Source: a virus
Length of the DNA stretch: 64,000 nt
Reading direction: 5' to 3' (one strand)
Virus record (IMG/VR): IMGVR_UViG_3300046028_006919
Span: 12,475 to 76,474 of that record
Shown here: positions 18,335-28,917 of the stretch, piece after piece
Layout of the letters: each line of letters begins with the position of its first letter
Position numbering within the stretch: position 1 is the stretch's first letter
The notes under the pieces: generated by a model
Told to the model about the DNA's origin: nothing
The model's input: the letters and a program-made list of their open reading frames with translations, nothing else
Databases searched by the model: none
Made by a program: the position numbers and the translations under genes

Positions 18335-18549
18335 TATAATCGATTGTTTATAGTTAACACTTCAACCAACTCTGGTCTTGTTTTAGTTCTACATTGTGAG
18401 CATGTGCATTTTTCCCCTTCTCGGAATCTACCACAACCAACATTGAATGTATAACCTTCTTTGATAGTTTCATCAAACCACCCAAAATCAATCCAGCGTT
18501 GTAAAGTTTTAGGGTTGCTTATTCTTGTTGTTCCTGAATAGTTTTCCAT
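18334..18549 (-). CDS. small Cys-containing protein
   Basis: 71 aa, CxCxxC. Confidence 0.55.
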   Translation of the reverse strand: MENYSGTTRISNPKTLQRWIDFGWFDETIKEGYTFNVGCGRFREGEKCTCSQCRTKTRPELVEVLTINNRL

Positions 18550-18839
18550 TATTGTTTTCTTATCATATTAATGATTTCTTGATTGCTTAAATAGTCTACT
18601 GAGCGAACATCGTCACCAATTAGTGCGTGGCTTCTACCCATGTTGTATGCTCTGTTTTTGATTGGTGAACCAAAATCATAGTCTAAGTTGTTATCCAATT
18701 CATCCATGAATCCATGCATGTAAAAACCCAACAGTTCTTCATCTGAAACTGAGTTCGCTTGCTCAATTGATTCAAGCAAGCGTTCTTTGTTTTTGTCAGA
18801 CGACATCAAGTGTTCAGTATCATCTAATTCTTCAGCCAT
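18549..18839 (-). CDS. hypothetical protein (N-terminus resembles a YefM-like tail, TEHLMSSDKNKERLLESIEQ)
   Basis: 96-aa ORF. Confidence 0.55.
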   Translation of the reverse strand: MAEELDDTEHLMSSDKNKERLLESIEQANSVSDEELLGFYMHGFMDELDNNLDYDFGSPIKNRAYNMGRSHALIGDDVRSVDYLSNQEIINMIRKQ

Positions 18840-18842
18840 GGC

Positions 18843-19145
18843 TTAATTGTTTTTAAGGTAATGGTCGATGATTCTTTTAGACAATTTAATACAGTAGTTT
18901 ACGTCTTCTTCTTCAATTGACCCAGTGGTTTCTTTTACCTTGCTCAAATGGTATTGAGTTGCTTGGTGGTTGAAGTCCATTAGTTGAACTAGATTGTCTT
19001 TTTGTTCTGACAGTTTCTCATTCTTTGAAACAAGGTTGTTGATATCTCTAGTGAGTCTATCTCTAAGGTCTTGTTCTGTTGGTTTTGGTTTATGTTTACC
19101 ATTACCTCTTCTATCACTTTTTCTTTGGTTAGGATTCTCGCCCAT
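18843..19145 (-). CDS. hypothetical protein
   Basis: 100-aa ORF with own promoter. Confidence 0.6.
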   Translation of the reverse strand: MGENPNQRKSDRRGNGKHKPKPTEQDLRDRLTRDINNLVSKNEKLSEQKDNLVQLMDFNHQATQYHLSKVKETTGSIEEEDVNYCIKLSKRIIDHYLKNN

Positions 19146-19636
19146 AATTATTATTTTTAAAGTTATACAAATATACTAATAAAAAATCAATCTTGCAATT
19201 TTTTATATTTTTTTATTGTCAATATATTCACCAAACAGCATCATAATGTAACCAACAAATGGTGTTGGCAACGCCCACAAGAAGTTTAACCATGAGGTCC
19301 AAGTTGTTCCTTGTGTTATTAATGTATATAATTGAAGAAACATACACGTTGCAAATGTAATACAAACTATCGTTAGTAGTACTAGAAACGCTCTAATCAT
19401 TTTATTTTCCATGCTTTATGTATTTACGTTTTAATTTAGTTTGTTGTTTGTTTAACACTATGATGTAACGTTGTCCGATACTGGTTTTATACACTTGGTA
19501 TCTTACATCATTTTCATAATACCATTCGTTGGTATAAGAATGTTCATGTATTCTTTTTTCAACATCACAGGACAAAGATAACCAGAATAAACATAAGAAT
19601 AAAAATATTTTTGTTAACAAATTGTTAATTCTCATA

Positions 19637-20065
19637 TTAATAAAAATCAATTTTGTTTGCGAACATTTGAACCACAACGTTTTCTGGAATCTCATATTCT
19701 TCGATTTCGTTTGCTATGTCGTTTATGTGACCAGCGATTCTGGTCAACGCTTTGTTGATAGGAACTGAATACTCTATGATACCTCTAAGACCATCAACGA
19801 CAGTATCAAGGTCTAGGTCTTTAAACTCTTTGGTTTCATTATCGTAATTGTCGTAGACTTCGTAGTGGATAACAGACTCAGGTTCATCTTTTGGAACCAA
19901 GTTGTATTGAATAGCAATTGGTCTATTTGAGTTTTCAAGGTCAAATTCAATAAACATTGATACTATCAATATACCTAGATAAACTTCTATGGTACAATCA
20001 CCATCAAAAGAAAATCTAAATTGTTCGTCGTTTAATTTATTGACTATGTCGTTAATCGTTGTCAT
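19637..20065 (-). CDS. hypothetical acidic protein
   Basis: 142-aa ORF. Confidence 0.65.
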   Translation of the reverse strand: MTTINDIVNKLNDEQFRFSFDGDCTIEVYLGILIVSMFIEFDLENSNRPIAIQYNLVPKDEPESVIHYEVYDNYDNETKEFKDLDLDTVVDGLRGIIEYSVPINKALTRIAGHINDIANEIEEYEIPENVVVQMFANKIDFY

Positions 20066-20077
20066 TTTAGTTTGGTG

Positions 20078-20596
20078 TTATTTACCGTTAATACATTTAA
20101 TATCCTTTACAACAAAATTAGTAAACGCGTTAATGAAGAAAGACTCCTCAGCATCTTTAAGTTGGTAAGTAAAGCTAGTCCCATCAAGACCGTTTACATA
20201 TTTGATTGAAGTTAGTGGATAATTTTTAAGAACATAAATGTCTGATACACTTGCATAGAAATTGGTAATTCCACCATATTCATCAATTATGTTGTATGCT
20301 TTTAACATAACTGTTTTTCTACCAGAAAAACGAATTATTAATTTATCAGTTTTGCTAGATTTTCCAATATTAAGTTTAATAACCGAAAAACCATTTGGTA
20401 TTGGGTTGATTGTACTAGTTAGGTATGTTGGTACCATAGCAAACCACTTAGTTTTAGTTTCATTGGAACAAATAAGCCCAGTTTTTGGTTGAAAAGTAGA
20501 ACTATCCAAACAGTATTCAACAACAAATTCTGATTGTTGTGAGTTGATATTTTGCGATACAAGTAATATCGTTAATAATGTGAATATTTTTTTCAT
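20078..20596 (-). CDS. secreted protein
   Basis: MKKIFTLLTILLVSQNINSQ signal peptide. Confidence 0.65.
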   Translation of the reverse strand: MKKIFTLLTILLVSQNINSQQSEFVVEYCLDSSTFQPKTGLICSNETKTKWFAMVPTYLTSTINPIPNGFSVIKLNIGKSSKTDKLIIRFSGRKTVMLKAYNIIDEYGGITNFYASVSDIYVLKNYPLTSIKYVNGLDGTSFTYQLKDAEESFFINAFTNFVVKDIKCINGK

Positions 20597-20599
20597 AAT

Positions 20600-20986
20600 T
20601 TAAAGTTGAGGGAATTCTAATAAGAATTCAACACTATTCATATCATTCAAGGTAATCAACTTTGTTACAGTTGATGTATCTTGTTTGATGACGATGTGTT
20701 GAAAACGTTCGTATACTTTGTAGTCGATAGCCTCAAACTCATGAATAAACCATCCATGGTCTTGTAGTTTTTGAATATCGTCTTTCGTAAACCAACGCCA
20801 TAGTTGTTCTAGACTTTCGGTTGCAGATAACCAACCCACAATTTCTGGGTCGAAATCCATAAGTAATTCATTGTTGGCACAGAAATTTAAATCCTCATGG
20901 ATAAGCCCTGTGAAGTTACCTTTGTAATCGTACCAAAGGCCTTGTAATGTGTGTTTATGACACACTCTGTAGAATTTCTTTTTCAT
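20600..20986 (-). CDS. conserved phage protein
   Basis: FYRV...GLWYD...WF motifs. Confidence 0.65.
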   Translation of the reverse strand: MKKKFYRVCHKHTLQGLWYDYKGNFTGLIHEDLNFCANNELLMDFDPEIVGWLSATESLEQLWRWFTKDDIQKLQDHGWFIHEFEAIDYKVYERFQHIVIKQDTSTVTKLITLNDMNSVEFLLEFPQL

Positions 20987-21169
20987 AGTTAGTCGATTTC
21001 GACATATTGTAACTGATAAGAACATCCAAAGATGACATCTTGAATCAATACAAGTCTAAGTTCTAATTTTTTCATACCGTTTTTTGTTAATCTATAATAT
21101 GCTGACGCTTCGTAAGTCATTGACTCACCGCCCAACATAGATAAAAGTTTATTGTTGCTCATTGTTACT

Positions 21170-21469
21170 TTATTTAATAATGTAATCGTTGCCATACCAT
21201 GAACTGGTTCTAACCCACATCACTTGTGGTTTATTCAAACTATCTTTCACATTTAGCTTCCAAATATATTCACTTTTGTGAACATAATTGAAAGGACTAC
21301 CAATATTGGTCAATTGCCAATCTTCATCAACTATAGTATAGTTATGGTCAGTAGTCCACTGATGAATTTCTTTTTGTTGGTTATTGAAATGGTTTACGTT
21401 AATTAACCACGCAATACATATAGCGATAGGTATTAACACAAACACCAAATAAATTTTTATATTTTTCAT
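21170..21469 (-). CDS. membrane-anchored protein
   Basis: N-terminal TM helix. Confidence 0.6.
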   Translation of the reverse strand: MKNIKIYLVFVLIPIAICIAWLINVNHFNNQQKEIHQWTTDHNYTIVDEDWQLTNIGSPFNYVHKSEYIWKLNVKDSLNKPQVMWVRTSSWYGNDYIIK

Positions 21470-21943
21470 TTTATTCGTCTTCTGGGTCCAATTCAGAACC
21501 TTCTTCGTAGGTTATTGGTGCATATTTTTGTTGAAACTCACGTTCATAGTCGTGTAGTGCTTTAAGTGCGGCACCACTATTCTGCCAATCTTCTGGAAAA
21601 GGTTTAGCTTTAGAACCAAAGCTTACGATTTGTTGAGCAATTACTTTACCTGATTTGCTTCTTATAGTAAATTTGAAATCCTTTTTTGACATTTTAAATT
21701 GTTTTACAGTACAAAGATACTAATTAATTTTGGATTACCAAATTATTTATCATCTTTTTCGTGTTCAACACCAAATATTTCCACTAATAGTTCAAAAAGA
21801 CCAACAATAATAGCCATAGCTATTGCAAATAACAAAATTATAGCTTCTGGTGATATGATTAGTATTATTAGTAATATCAATAACCAAATCATAGTGTATC
21901 GTTTTTAAAGTATAACCAGTAAGGTTTATTTTCACTCATAATA

Positions 21944-22489
21944 TTACAATTTACCTTCTTGTCCTGATAAGAAATCCCCATCAACTTCTTTCCAATTATC
22001 TCTAATCCATCTAGCCACGTGAATAAAACCTGATTTGGCTTTGGTGAACTGTTCAGCAGTAAGACTGCCCTTCTCTGACACAATTCCAAAAGCAAATCTC
22101 AACCCATTGCTTAGCATCGCTTCATCACTAAAGTTAAGCGTTTTTAACACTGGTGTGTTGTCTGGGTCTGGAACACTACCAACCTCTTGTAACGCTGACA
22201 TGGCGTGGTCGTTTAATTTTTTAAACAACTCTTGACCCTTTAATTTTTCAGCGACCTCTTTTAATTTGTCGCTTTGTACCACGATAGCCATTGGTTCAAA
22301 TTCACCACCATTTTTCAAATTAGGACAATCCTTGATTGTGAACCAACCCGTTTGGTTTTCTTTAGCGTATCTTGTATTGTTTGGATGCAACATCACTTGT
22401 TCAAAGTGTTGTTCATCACCATCTTCTACTTTATAACGTACTTCCCAAGTTCCCTTGTTGGAAATATATTGTCCATTTACTTTGCTCAT
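21944..22489 (-). CDS. hypothetical protein
   Basis: 181-aa ORF. Confidence 0.65.
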   Translation of the reverse strand: MSKVNGQYISNKGTWEVRYKVEDGDEQHFEQVMLHPNNTRYAKENQTGWFTIKDCPNLKNGGEFEPMAIVVQSDKLKEVAEKLKGQELFKKLNDHAMSALQEVGSVPDPDNTPVLKTLNFSDEAMLSNGLRFAFGIVSEKGSLTAEQFTKAKSGFIHVARWIRDNWKEVDGDFLSGQEGKL

Positions 22490-22497
22490 ATTATTAT

Positions 22498-22968
22498 TTA
22501 TTTAAACCATTCAGGTGTTTCTCGGTTTTTCCAAACCGCTATTTTTCTTTTCTCTGTTCTATAATATTCTCTATAGCTATCCACAGCATCACCAACCTTG
22601 CATTCATCTGGCATAGCCAAAACAAATGGTGTTAAATCATCCATGTATTGTAATTTAGGTTTGTGTGTTAGACACCATTCAATTACATCTTGTGACTTAT
22701 GTCTTTTCTCGTAACGATACGTGTATTCTTTACATAATTCAAGACCTAAATCACAAAGCCAAATATAGTTTTCAATACATTCTCTGGCCCATATAGCGCT
22801 TGGGTGATTTTTATGTGATAGTTTATAAGGAATCTCATAACCAGATTCTACTACGTGGTGAACACCACATAGCAATTGTGCATATTCAACTATCATCTTG
22901 GTACAATGGCGATTTACATGGTATTTTGCACATTTTTTAACATCTAAATCTAAAACGAATATGTTCAT
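22498..22968 (-). CDS. pyrimidine-dimer DNA glycosylase / endonuclease V-like protein
   Basis: MNIFVLD...HCTKMIVEYAQLL...HKNHPSAIW...EYTYRY..RH...AMPD..K...YREYY. Confidence 0.8.
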   Translation of the reverse strand: MNIFVLDLDVKKCAKYHVNRHCTKMIVEYAQLLCGVHHVVESGYEIPYKLSHKNHPSAIWARECIENYIWLCDLGLELCKEYTYRYEKRHKSQDVIEWCLTHKPKLQYMDDLTPFVLAMPDECKVGDAVDSYREYYRTEKRKIAVWKNRETPEWFK

Positions 22969-23196
22969 AATTTTAATTTTTATTATACAAAGATACTATT
23001 TTATTTTAAATTACAAAATTAATATCTATATTTTTTAAAAATATTTTCAGAATTTTTTGTTAATTTCACAATACCAGATAAAATTAATTCAATTATTTTT
23101 TGTTTTGTAACATAGCATACAACACAATAGCTATTCTGTTTCTAAATTCAACTTTTGTTTTCATTTTGCTTATTTTAGTTATTAATTTAAAATACC

Positions 23197-23611
23197 GTTA
23201 GCTACAATGCTTTAAGTAGTTGTTTAAAATACCAAGTATGTTATCCGCACCTACGGGATTAGCAGAATGAACGTAAAATATAGGTAACGATTGATTGTTA
23301 TCAATACAATAATCGACAAGCCATTTAGCACAATCCATTCCCGTTTTTTCTTGATAATTTTGTGCGTCTTGGTATTCTTTGCTAATTTGGTAATCGTGCC
23401 AGTATTCTTCGGGTGTATAATGTTCATCCGCTAAATCGTGGTCAAAAGAAATTATCTTTGGTAATCCGTGTTTTTCAATCCATTGAACAAATTGCTCATA
23501 ATTTAAAACCCAGTCAATTATTAGATTTTCTTTTGGAACTCTACCCTCAATATTTATAAAAGGGTTTCTTAAATCATCGAGCCATAATATCCTATCCGCA
23601 CTGTAGCTAAC
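23197..23611 (-). mobile_element. integron-cassette-like segment bounded by 14-bp inverted cores
   Basis: GTTAGCTACAATGC (23197-23210) and GCACTGTAGCTAAC (23598-23611) are 13/14 inverted repeats that delimit one protein domain. Confidence 0.55.
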
Positions 23612-23950
23612 AGCCATTTGGCAAGATTGGGTATCGGAATTTTCAACAGCACTAAAAATTTCATAGCTAGATTCGCGTTCAATTGGGTTCTCATCTGTTG
23701 ATTTAGAAAACGACAACAACAAACGTAACTCAGCCAATTGGCTATAGTCCATTTTTTTTGAAGCTTTGCTAAGTTTAATACCATTACCATCGTCAACCAT
23801 TTTTAGTAGCTTAGTGCCACGTAAATCAAGTCTCCAGAATTCAGCATCTGAATAGAATAGTGTCAGGATTCTACAACCCTTTTTGTTCTTTGATTCCGTA
23901 ATGGTGTATTCATGCTGACCATCCAGCATCACAATATATTTCTTTTCCAT
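23198..23950 (-). CDS. two-domain protein with C-terminal cyclic-phosphate-processing receiver domain
   Basis: LWLDDLR, ISFDHDL, TGMDCAKWL and VHSANPVG motifs. Confidence 0.8.
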   Translation of the reverse strand: MEKKYIVMLDGQHEYTITESKNKKGCRILTLFYSDAEFWRLDLRGTKLLKMVDDGNGIKLSKASKKMDYSQLAELRLLLSFSKSTDENPIERESSYEIFSAVENSDTQSCQMAVSYSADRILWLDDLRNPFINIEGRVPKENLIIDWVLNYEQFVQWIEKHGLPKIISFDHDLADEHYTPEEYWHDYQISKEYQDAQNYQEKTGMDCAKWLVDYCIDNNQSLPIFYVHSANPVGADNILGILNNYLKHCS

Positions 23951-23961
23951 TTTTATAATTT

Positions 23962-24288
23962 TTAATAGTCGTCTTCGTAACCACAGGTTGAACATTTGTA
24001 ATATGTTTTGTGACTATCATTACCAGAGTAACGCATAAGACTTTCATCATCCTCATCTTTGTGGGTGCAAACATCTTGGAAACCTTCTATCGCTTTTGTG
24101 AAACCTTTAATTTGATTTGTAGTATCATCATATTGATAACGTAACAAACCTATAGTTTCTGTTGCACATGTTGGGATTTCTTTACCTTTGTAAAATTTTT
24201 CTAACCCACCTAGCGCTTTCCAAATTTCTGATTGTTTTTCAACCAAATTTTGTTTCTCTTCTTGAAGTTTTTTAATACTTTCTTTCAT
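23962..24288 (-). CDS. coiled-coil protein with zinc ribbon
   Basis: CTH...CSTCG. Confidence 0.6.
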   Translation of the reverse strand: MKESIKKLQEEKQNLVEKQSEIWKALGGLEKFYKGKEIPTCATETIGLLRYQYDDTTNQIKGFTKAIEGFQDVCTHKDEDDESLMRYSGNDSHKTYYKCSTCGYEDDY

Positions 24289-24293
24289 ATTTT

Positions 24294-24602
24294 TTAATTT
24301 AAACAAACCAATGGTAAGTCTTTAATTTTAACAAACGATTTCATTTCCATTGAATCTAGAACTGACACCGCTATTTTTATGTTTTTAAAAACATAATCTA
24401 ACTGAGTATCCATGAATTTCATTTCACTAAGCATTTCTGGGGTTAAATAACCGTCTTCTTCTTCCGTTAACTTGATTTCATCCAAAGAATATTCTAAGTC
24501 TTCAGCAACTTCTAAAAGTCCTTCTAGGAAAACAACTAAGTCTCCGTATTTTTTCGTTTTTAAATGCTCAGCTGAAAATAATTTTGTGTTTATTGTGCTC
24601 AT
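24294..24602 (-). CDS. hypothetical protein
   Basis: ORF with own promoter. Confidence 0.6.
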   Translation of the reverse strand: MSTINTKLFSAEHLKTKKYGDLVVFLEGLLEVAEDLEYSLDEIKLTEEEDGYLTPEMLSEMKFMDTQLDYVFKNIKIAVSVLDSMEMKSFVKIKDLPLVCLN

Positions 24603-24683
24603 GATGTTATTATTTTGATGCAAATATACAACTTATTTTTTAACTACCAAATTTTTTTTTAAAAAAATTGAGGGCCAATAAAA

Positions 24684-25844
24684 TTAGTCCTCAGGATTTT
24701 CTTCGTTAGCAACTGCCCACCATACACAACCAACTGAAATCAATATAGTCATTATATAAACAAACCATAACTGACCAGATGTCGGCTCAAACGATAAGTA
24801 GTTAAAATCTTTGAATGATTTGTAGTGCCAGTGAGTGCTTATACCTTTCATATAAGCGTTGTAAAAGGCTTTCTCATCTTTAACTGGTGCTTCCATCAAA
24901 TCTTCTCGAATGTCTATTAAAACTCGCTTATTATCGCACCATGAAAAAGGTTTAACCCATTCAATGTTACCTAAATTATCCAGACCAACGCAAACGATAA
25001 TTTCATTCTGGTTCCCACCATCCCAATACGCTTCTTGCTGGAACGCAGTACTGATATCTCGGTTCTTATAGAACAGTGTAAACACTTTTACTTTATATTT
25101 TCGACCATACGCACCATTTATATAATCAAGGGTTTTAATGATTTTACCTTTTGATTTTGAATTTAAGTCTTTAATTCCGATAACACTAGATTGATAATTA
25201 TAATCAACTACCTCTGGGTATTCATATAAACCAGAAGTTTTGGCTTTTTCTTTTTCAATAGTTGGGTAATTAAACGCCGAGTGATTTGATTTTAAGATAT
25301 TAGTAAAAGATTTAGTGTGTGTTGTTATTATGGAAGTATTAATATCTCTATCCCAAAAAATTCTGTACATATCACCATCTTTACCACAACTACCACGATA
25401 ATTAATATCTCGATTTAATTCAACAAACTTAGGGTTAGATTTCCATTGTTTTATCAACGACTTGTACTTTGTTTCACTAATACTAATTTCGTTTCCATCA
25501 GAGTCAATCATAACATAATATTCTGAATTGTAATCACAATAAGAACAATCATAATATACAGTATGTGTTGTTCTATGCTTACCAGTACCAGTGCTGTAGG
25601 TTCGACTACATGTTTTCTTAACCCATGTTTGCCATGGCTCGTAATACCTAGCTTCGGTTACAATAAAACCGTTGTATTCCACATCTTCAAGTGTTATTGA
25701 TTTCATTGTATAATACGATATAAGTATAAACAACGCACTACCAGCAACTGGTATAAGAATTTCCCACCAAACTATTTTGTTTTTAAACAAAACCCATCCT
25801 ATCACAGCGGCTAGGATGGGGATTATAAGTGCATACCAAACCAT
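24684..25844 (-). CDS. membrane protein (two N-terminal and one C-terminal TM), partner of the LemA-like gene
   Basis: hydrophobic termini; WDGGNQNEIIVCVG motif. Confidence 0.7.
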   Translation of the reverse strand: MVWYALIIPILAAVIGWVLFKNKIVWWEILIPVAGSALFILISYYTMKSITLEDVEYNGFIVTEARYYEPWQTWVKKTCSRTYSTGTGKHRTTHTVYYDCSYCDYNSEYYVMIDSDGNEISISETKYKSLIKQWKSNPKFVELNRDINYRGSCGKDGDMYRIFWDRDINTSIITTHTKSFTNILKSNHSAFNYPTIEKEKAKTSGLYEYPEVVDYNYQSSVIGIKDLNSKSKGKIIKTLDYINGAYGRKYKVKVFTLFYKNRDISTAFQQEAYWDGGNQNEIIVCVGLDNLGNIEWVKPFSWCDNKRVLIDIREDLMEAPVKDEKAFYNAYMKGISTHWHYKSFKDFNYLSFEPTSGQLWFVYIMTILISVGCVWWAVANEENPED

Positions 25845-26413
25845 TATAGGTCTAGTTTTATGTTATCGTCTTTTCCAGTTTTCATCACTTCTTCTGTAAG
25901 TGAAGATTTGATAGGTGTGTATTCCAACTTGGTGCGTCCGTAAAAAACGTTATAGAACGAATTTGGAAACTTTTGTATCAAATTCTTGTGTTGTCTAACA
26001 ACATCTTGCAGAACTTTTTCTTCGTTAAAGAACCCTTCACGTTGTGCTTCAACAGCACGTGATAAATCTTTATACAAGACACTAACTTCGGAATAATTTG
26101 CGTTTGGGTTAGATTCGGTTATCCATTTCATAAACACACCCTCAGAGTCTTTACGACCTTCCATGATGATGTTAATGTTTTTTCTGAATGATTCATCATT
26201 CTTAACAGCAATTTGAGATTTCTGAGAAATCACTTTGTACATTTTATCGTAGAATGAAGTTCTTTCATCTATTTTTTGTTCAAAGGTATTTCTTAAGTCA
26301 ATTTCATTGTTTGAAAACGAGATAAAGTTACCGATGAATACGAACAACATAATTACACCTAATCCAATTAGACCAAATTTGATTAATGTACCGTTACTGA
26401 ATTTGTTTTCCAT
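25844..26413 (-). CDS. LemA-like membrane-anchored coiled-coil protein
   Basis: N-terminal TM, helical body, FP.S motif. Confidence 0.65.
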   Translation of the reverse strand: MENKFSNGTLIKFGLIGLGVIMLFVFIGNFISFSNNEIDLRNTFEQKIDERTSFYDKMYKVISQKSQIAVKNDESFRKNINIIMEGRKDSEGVFMKWITESNPNANYSEVSVLYKDLSRAVEAQREGFFNEEKVLQDVVRQHKNLIQKFPNSFYNVFYGRTKLEYTPIKSSLTEEVMKTGKDDNIKLDL

Positions 26414-26771
26414 TTTGTGTGTTTTTAAAGTTTTTAAATTAGATTGCAAATATACATATAATAATATTAATGTACAAATTTTTTATTGATTATTTTTTCT
26501 TTTTTTCTCTGAGTCGTAATAATGCTTGTTGATTGTTATCTTTGGGAATCCATGTAACATAATTGCAACACCAACAAAACACAAGGCAATTCCACCTAAC
26601 GCATATAATGTTTCCATAATTAATCTTGTATAAAATTAAAAATAAATATAATACCAATTAATACCGTTAATATTAAAGGTATTAATATTTCTTGACTATG
26701 AATAACACTAGATAAACATACGCCAAACGCGATGCCCCACATAAAATTTTTAAATTTTTCTAGTTTCATAA

Positions 26772-27398
26772 TTATTTCTTTTTATTAATTATAGATTCGG
26801 TTTGTTGTTTAAACGTTTTTACAACCGCGCTAATTTTACGACAATCTTCATCGGTAAAATTATCCCCACCACCTAATAAATCTTTGATAGTTCTATCTGA
26901 TAATTTAACATAAATGTTTCTAACTTCATTCAAATCAATCATCGCTCGTTGTAGAGCAGTTGCTGGAAAATCTTGTTTTTTGACGTCTTCTAGAATTTTT
27001 TCTTTACCATAACGTCTAGGTAAAGTTTTTTCTTTTTTAGTTTTTTCGACGATAACTGTTTTTTCGGGTGCTACTTCTACTTTTACTTCTGTTTCTAACT
27101 TTGAAGAATAGTTTTCCCCTAATTTTTTAGAAACAAACCCAGAATTCTGTAAGTGTTGGTATCTTTCAGATAAACCTACCCCAGTTGAAATAAGTTTATC
27201 AAAAATTTCAAATATAACTTGTTTTGTTTCACTACTTACCGTGTCCCCACCATCTTTAATTAAAAGATACAACATATTAAAAGGTGTTTTAACCTTTTCT
27301 TCAAAAATTTCTTTTAACATATCATCAGTTTCAATAACATATAATGAAACCAATTCGTCAAATTTTAAATCAGCAACTTTTTCAAATGTAATACTCAT
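26772..27398 (-). CDS. hypothetical protein
   Basis: 208-aa ORF with own promoter. Confidence 0.65.
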   Translation of the reverse strand: MSITFEKVADLKFDELVSLYVIETDDMLKEIFEEKVKTPFNMLYLLIKDGGDTVSSETKQVIFEIFDKLISTGVGLSERYQHLQNSGFVSKKLGENYSSKLETEVKVEVAPEKTVIVEKTKKEKTLPRRYGKEKILEDVKKQDFPATALQRAMIDLNEVRNIYVKLSDRTIKDLLGGGDNFTDEDCRKISAVVKTFKQQTESIINKKK

Positions 27399-27513
27399 AA
27401 TTTTTAATTTTTAATTATTGAGACAAATATACAACTTATTATTACAACTACCAAATATTTTTAGTTTTTTTTTATAAAATAAAAAAACCCCGATAAAATC
27501 GAGGTTTAATTTG

Positions 27514-27951
27514 TTAGTTATATGCTTGCGGGTTATCAACTACTTTACCCATTGCCGTTACTTTACTAAGCTTTGGGTGCCTTGTTTTACCATCAGCGTC
27601 TGGTTTACCAGATATTTCTTTTGCTGTAATCGACCTATCTGATGCGCTATCAGCGTTACACTTATGTTCGCCACACATAGCACCAGAGGCATCCATTACT
27701 TGTGATAACTTAAGAATTCTATTAGAACCTTGTGTTGAATTTTTAATTTTAGTTGAAAGAGTTTTTACTTTTTTCTTTTCCCCAGCATTTAATTCTTCAT
27801 AATCTTTATCCTCAGATGGTTCATCTTCTTTAGAATTATCCGTGGAAGATTTGTCTTTAGAGTCTTTTTTACTCTCAGAGTTTTTTCCAACTTCACGTAT
27901 TCTAGACAATAAATCCTCTCTTACTAATTGTTTTATAAAATTTTTATTCAT
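27514..27951 (-). CDS. hypothetical charged protein (IKQLVRE N-terminal motif)
   Basis: ORF followed by a terminator at about 27481-27507. Confidence 0.6.
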   Translation of the reverse strand: MNKNFIKQLVREDLLSRIREVGKNSESKKDSKDKSSTDNSKEDEPSEDKDYEELNAGEKKKVKTLSTKIKNSTQGSNRILKLSQVMDASGAMCGEHKCNADSASDRSITAKEISGKPDADGKTRHPKLSKVTAMGKVVDNPQAYN

Positions 27952-27995
27952 GATATTCACATTTATATATAAATATCACAAAAACCTTAAAAATA

Positions 27996-28868
27996 TTAAC
28001 TTTGAGCAATTAATTGAATTCTTTTTATTTGGCTCATTTGTATTAGTGATTTAGTTTTCACTTGTCTTACCATCTCTCTAGTCAAACCAATTTCATTACC
28101 AACTTCTTGTAATGTCATTGGTTGATAACCATTCATACCAAAAAGCATTTCCATTATTTTTTTGTTTCTTGGTTTAAGTGTTGATAAAGCACTGTTAATT
28201 TCTGATTTAACATCAGACTCACCCAATAAATAATCAGTTTTATCATCGTTTTCATCACACATTAAATCAGATATGCTAACACCAGAACCTTCATCAGTTC
28301 CAACTTCACGGTCCATGGATTCAATTGAAAAACAATTTAACGAGTCCAATAGAACGAATTCATCAGCTGACATTTCTTTCGAAAATTGATTGATTACTTC
28401 TTCAATATCAGCTTTATAACAATTTTTTTGTTCAACAGCTGAAACATACTTATTTAATTTAGATAGCTCGTTTACACGATTTGCTGGAATACGAACACTT
28501 TTACCGTAGTTGGAAACAAACTCCATTATAAGTTTTCTAACCCACCAAACAGCAAATGAAATAAATTTATAACCCTTGGTTGGGTCAAATTTCTCAACAG
28601 CTTTGATTAAACCGATGTTTCCTTCATTTACCAAGTCTTCCAAGCTTATTTTATCAGTAGCGTATTGTTTGGCAACAGAAATAACAAAACGTAAATTTCT
28701 AGTGACCAATTCATCAGCTGCTGATTTGTCACCTTTTACAGCTTTTTCAGCCAAGTCATATTCTTCTTTAGGAGAAAGCAAAGGTATTTCATTAACCTCT
28801 CTTAAATATTGTTTAAATGATGAGATTTCTCTGCTAGTAATTTTTTGATTGATTCTAAGTGTTTTCAT
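27996..28868 (-). CDS. RNA polymerase sigma-70 factor, Bacteroidota SigA/RpoD-like (no region 1.1)
   Basis: YLREV, NLRFVISVAKQY, DLVNEGNIGLIKAVEKFDPTKGYKFISFAVWW and TLQEVG...LTREMVRQ. Confidence 0.93.
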   Translation of the reverse strand: MKTLRINQKITSREISSFKQYLREVNEIPLLSPKEEYDLAEKAVKGDKSAADELVTRNLRFVISVAKQYATDKISLEDLVNEGNIGLIKAVEKFDPTKGYKFISFAVWWVRKLIMEFVSNYGKSVRIPANRVNELSKLNKYVSAVEQKNCYKADIEEVINQFSKEMSADEFVLLDSLNCFSIESMDREVGTDEGSGVSISDLMCDENDDKTDYLLGESDVKSEINSALSTLKPRNKKIMEMLFGMNGYQPMTLQEVGNEIGLTREMVRQVKTKSLIQMSQIKRIQLIAQS

Positions 28869-28917
28869 AGATTTGGGTTTAAATGTTTATTTATTGGGCA
28901 AATATAATACTTATTTT

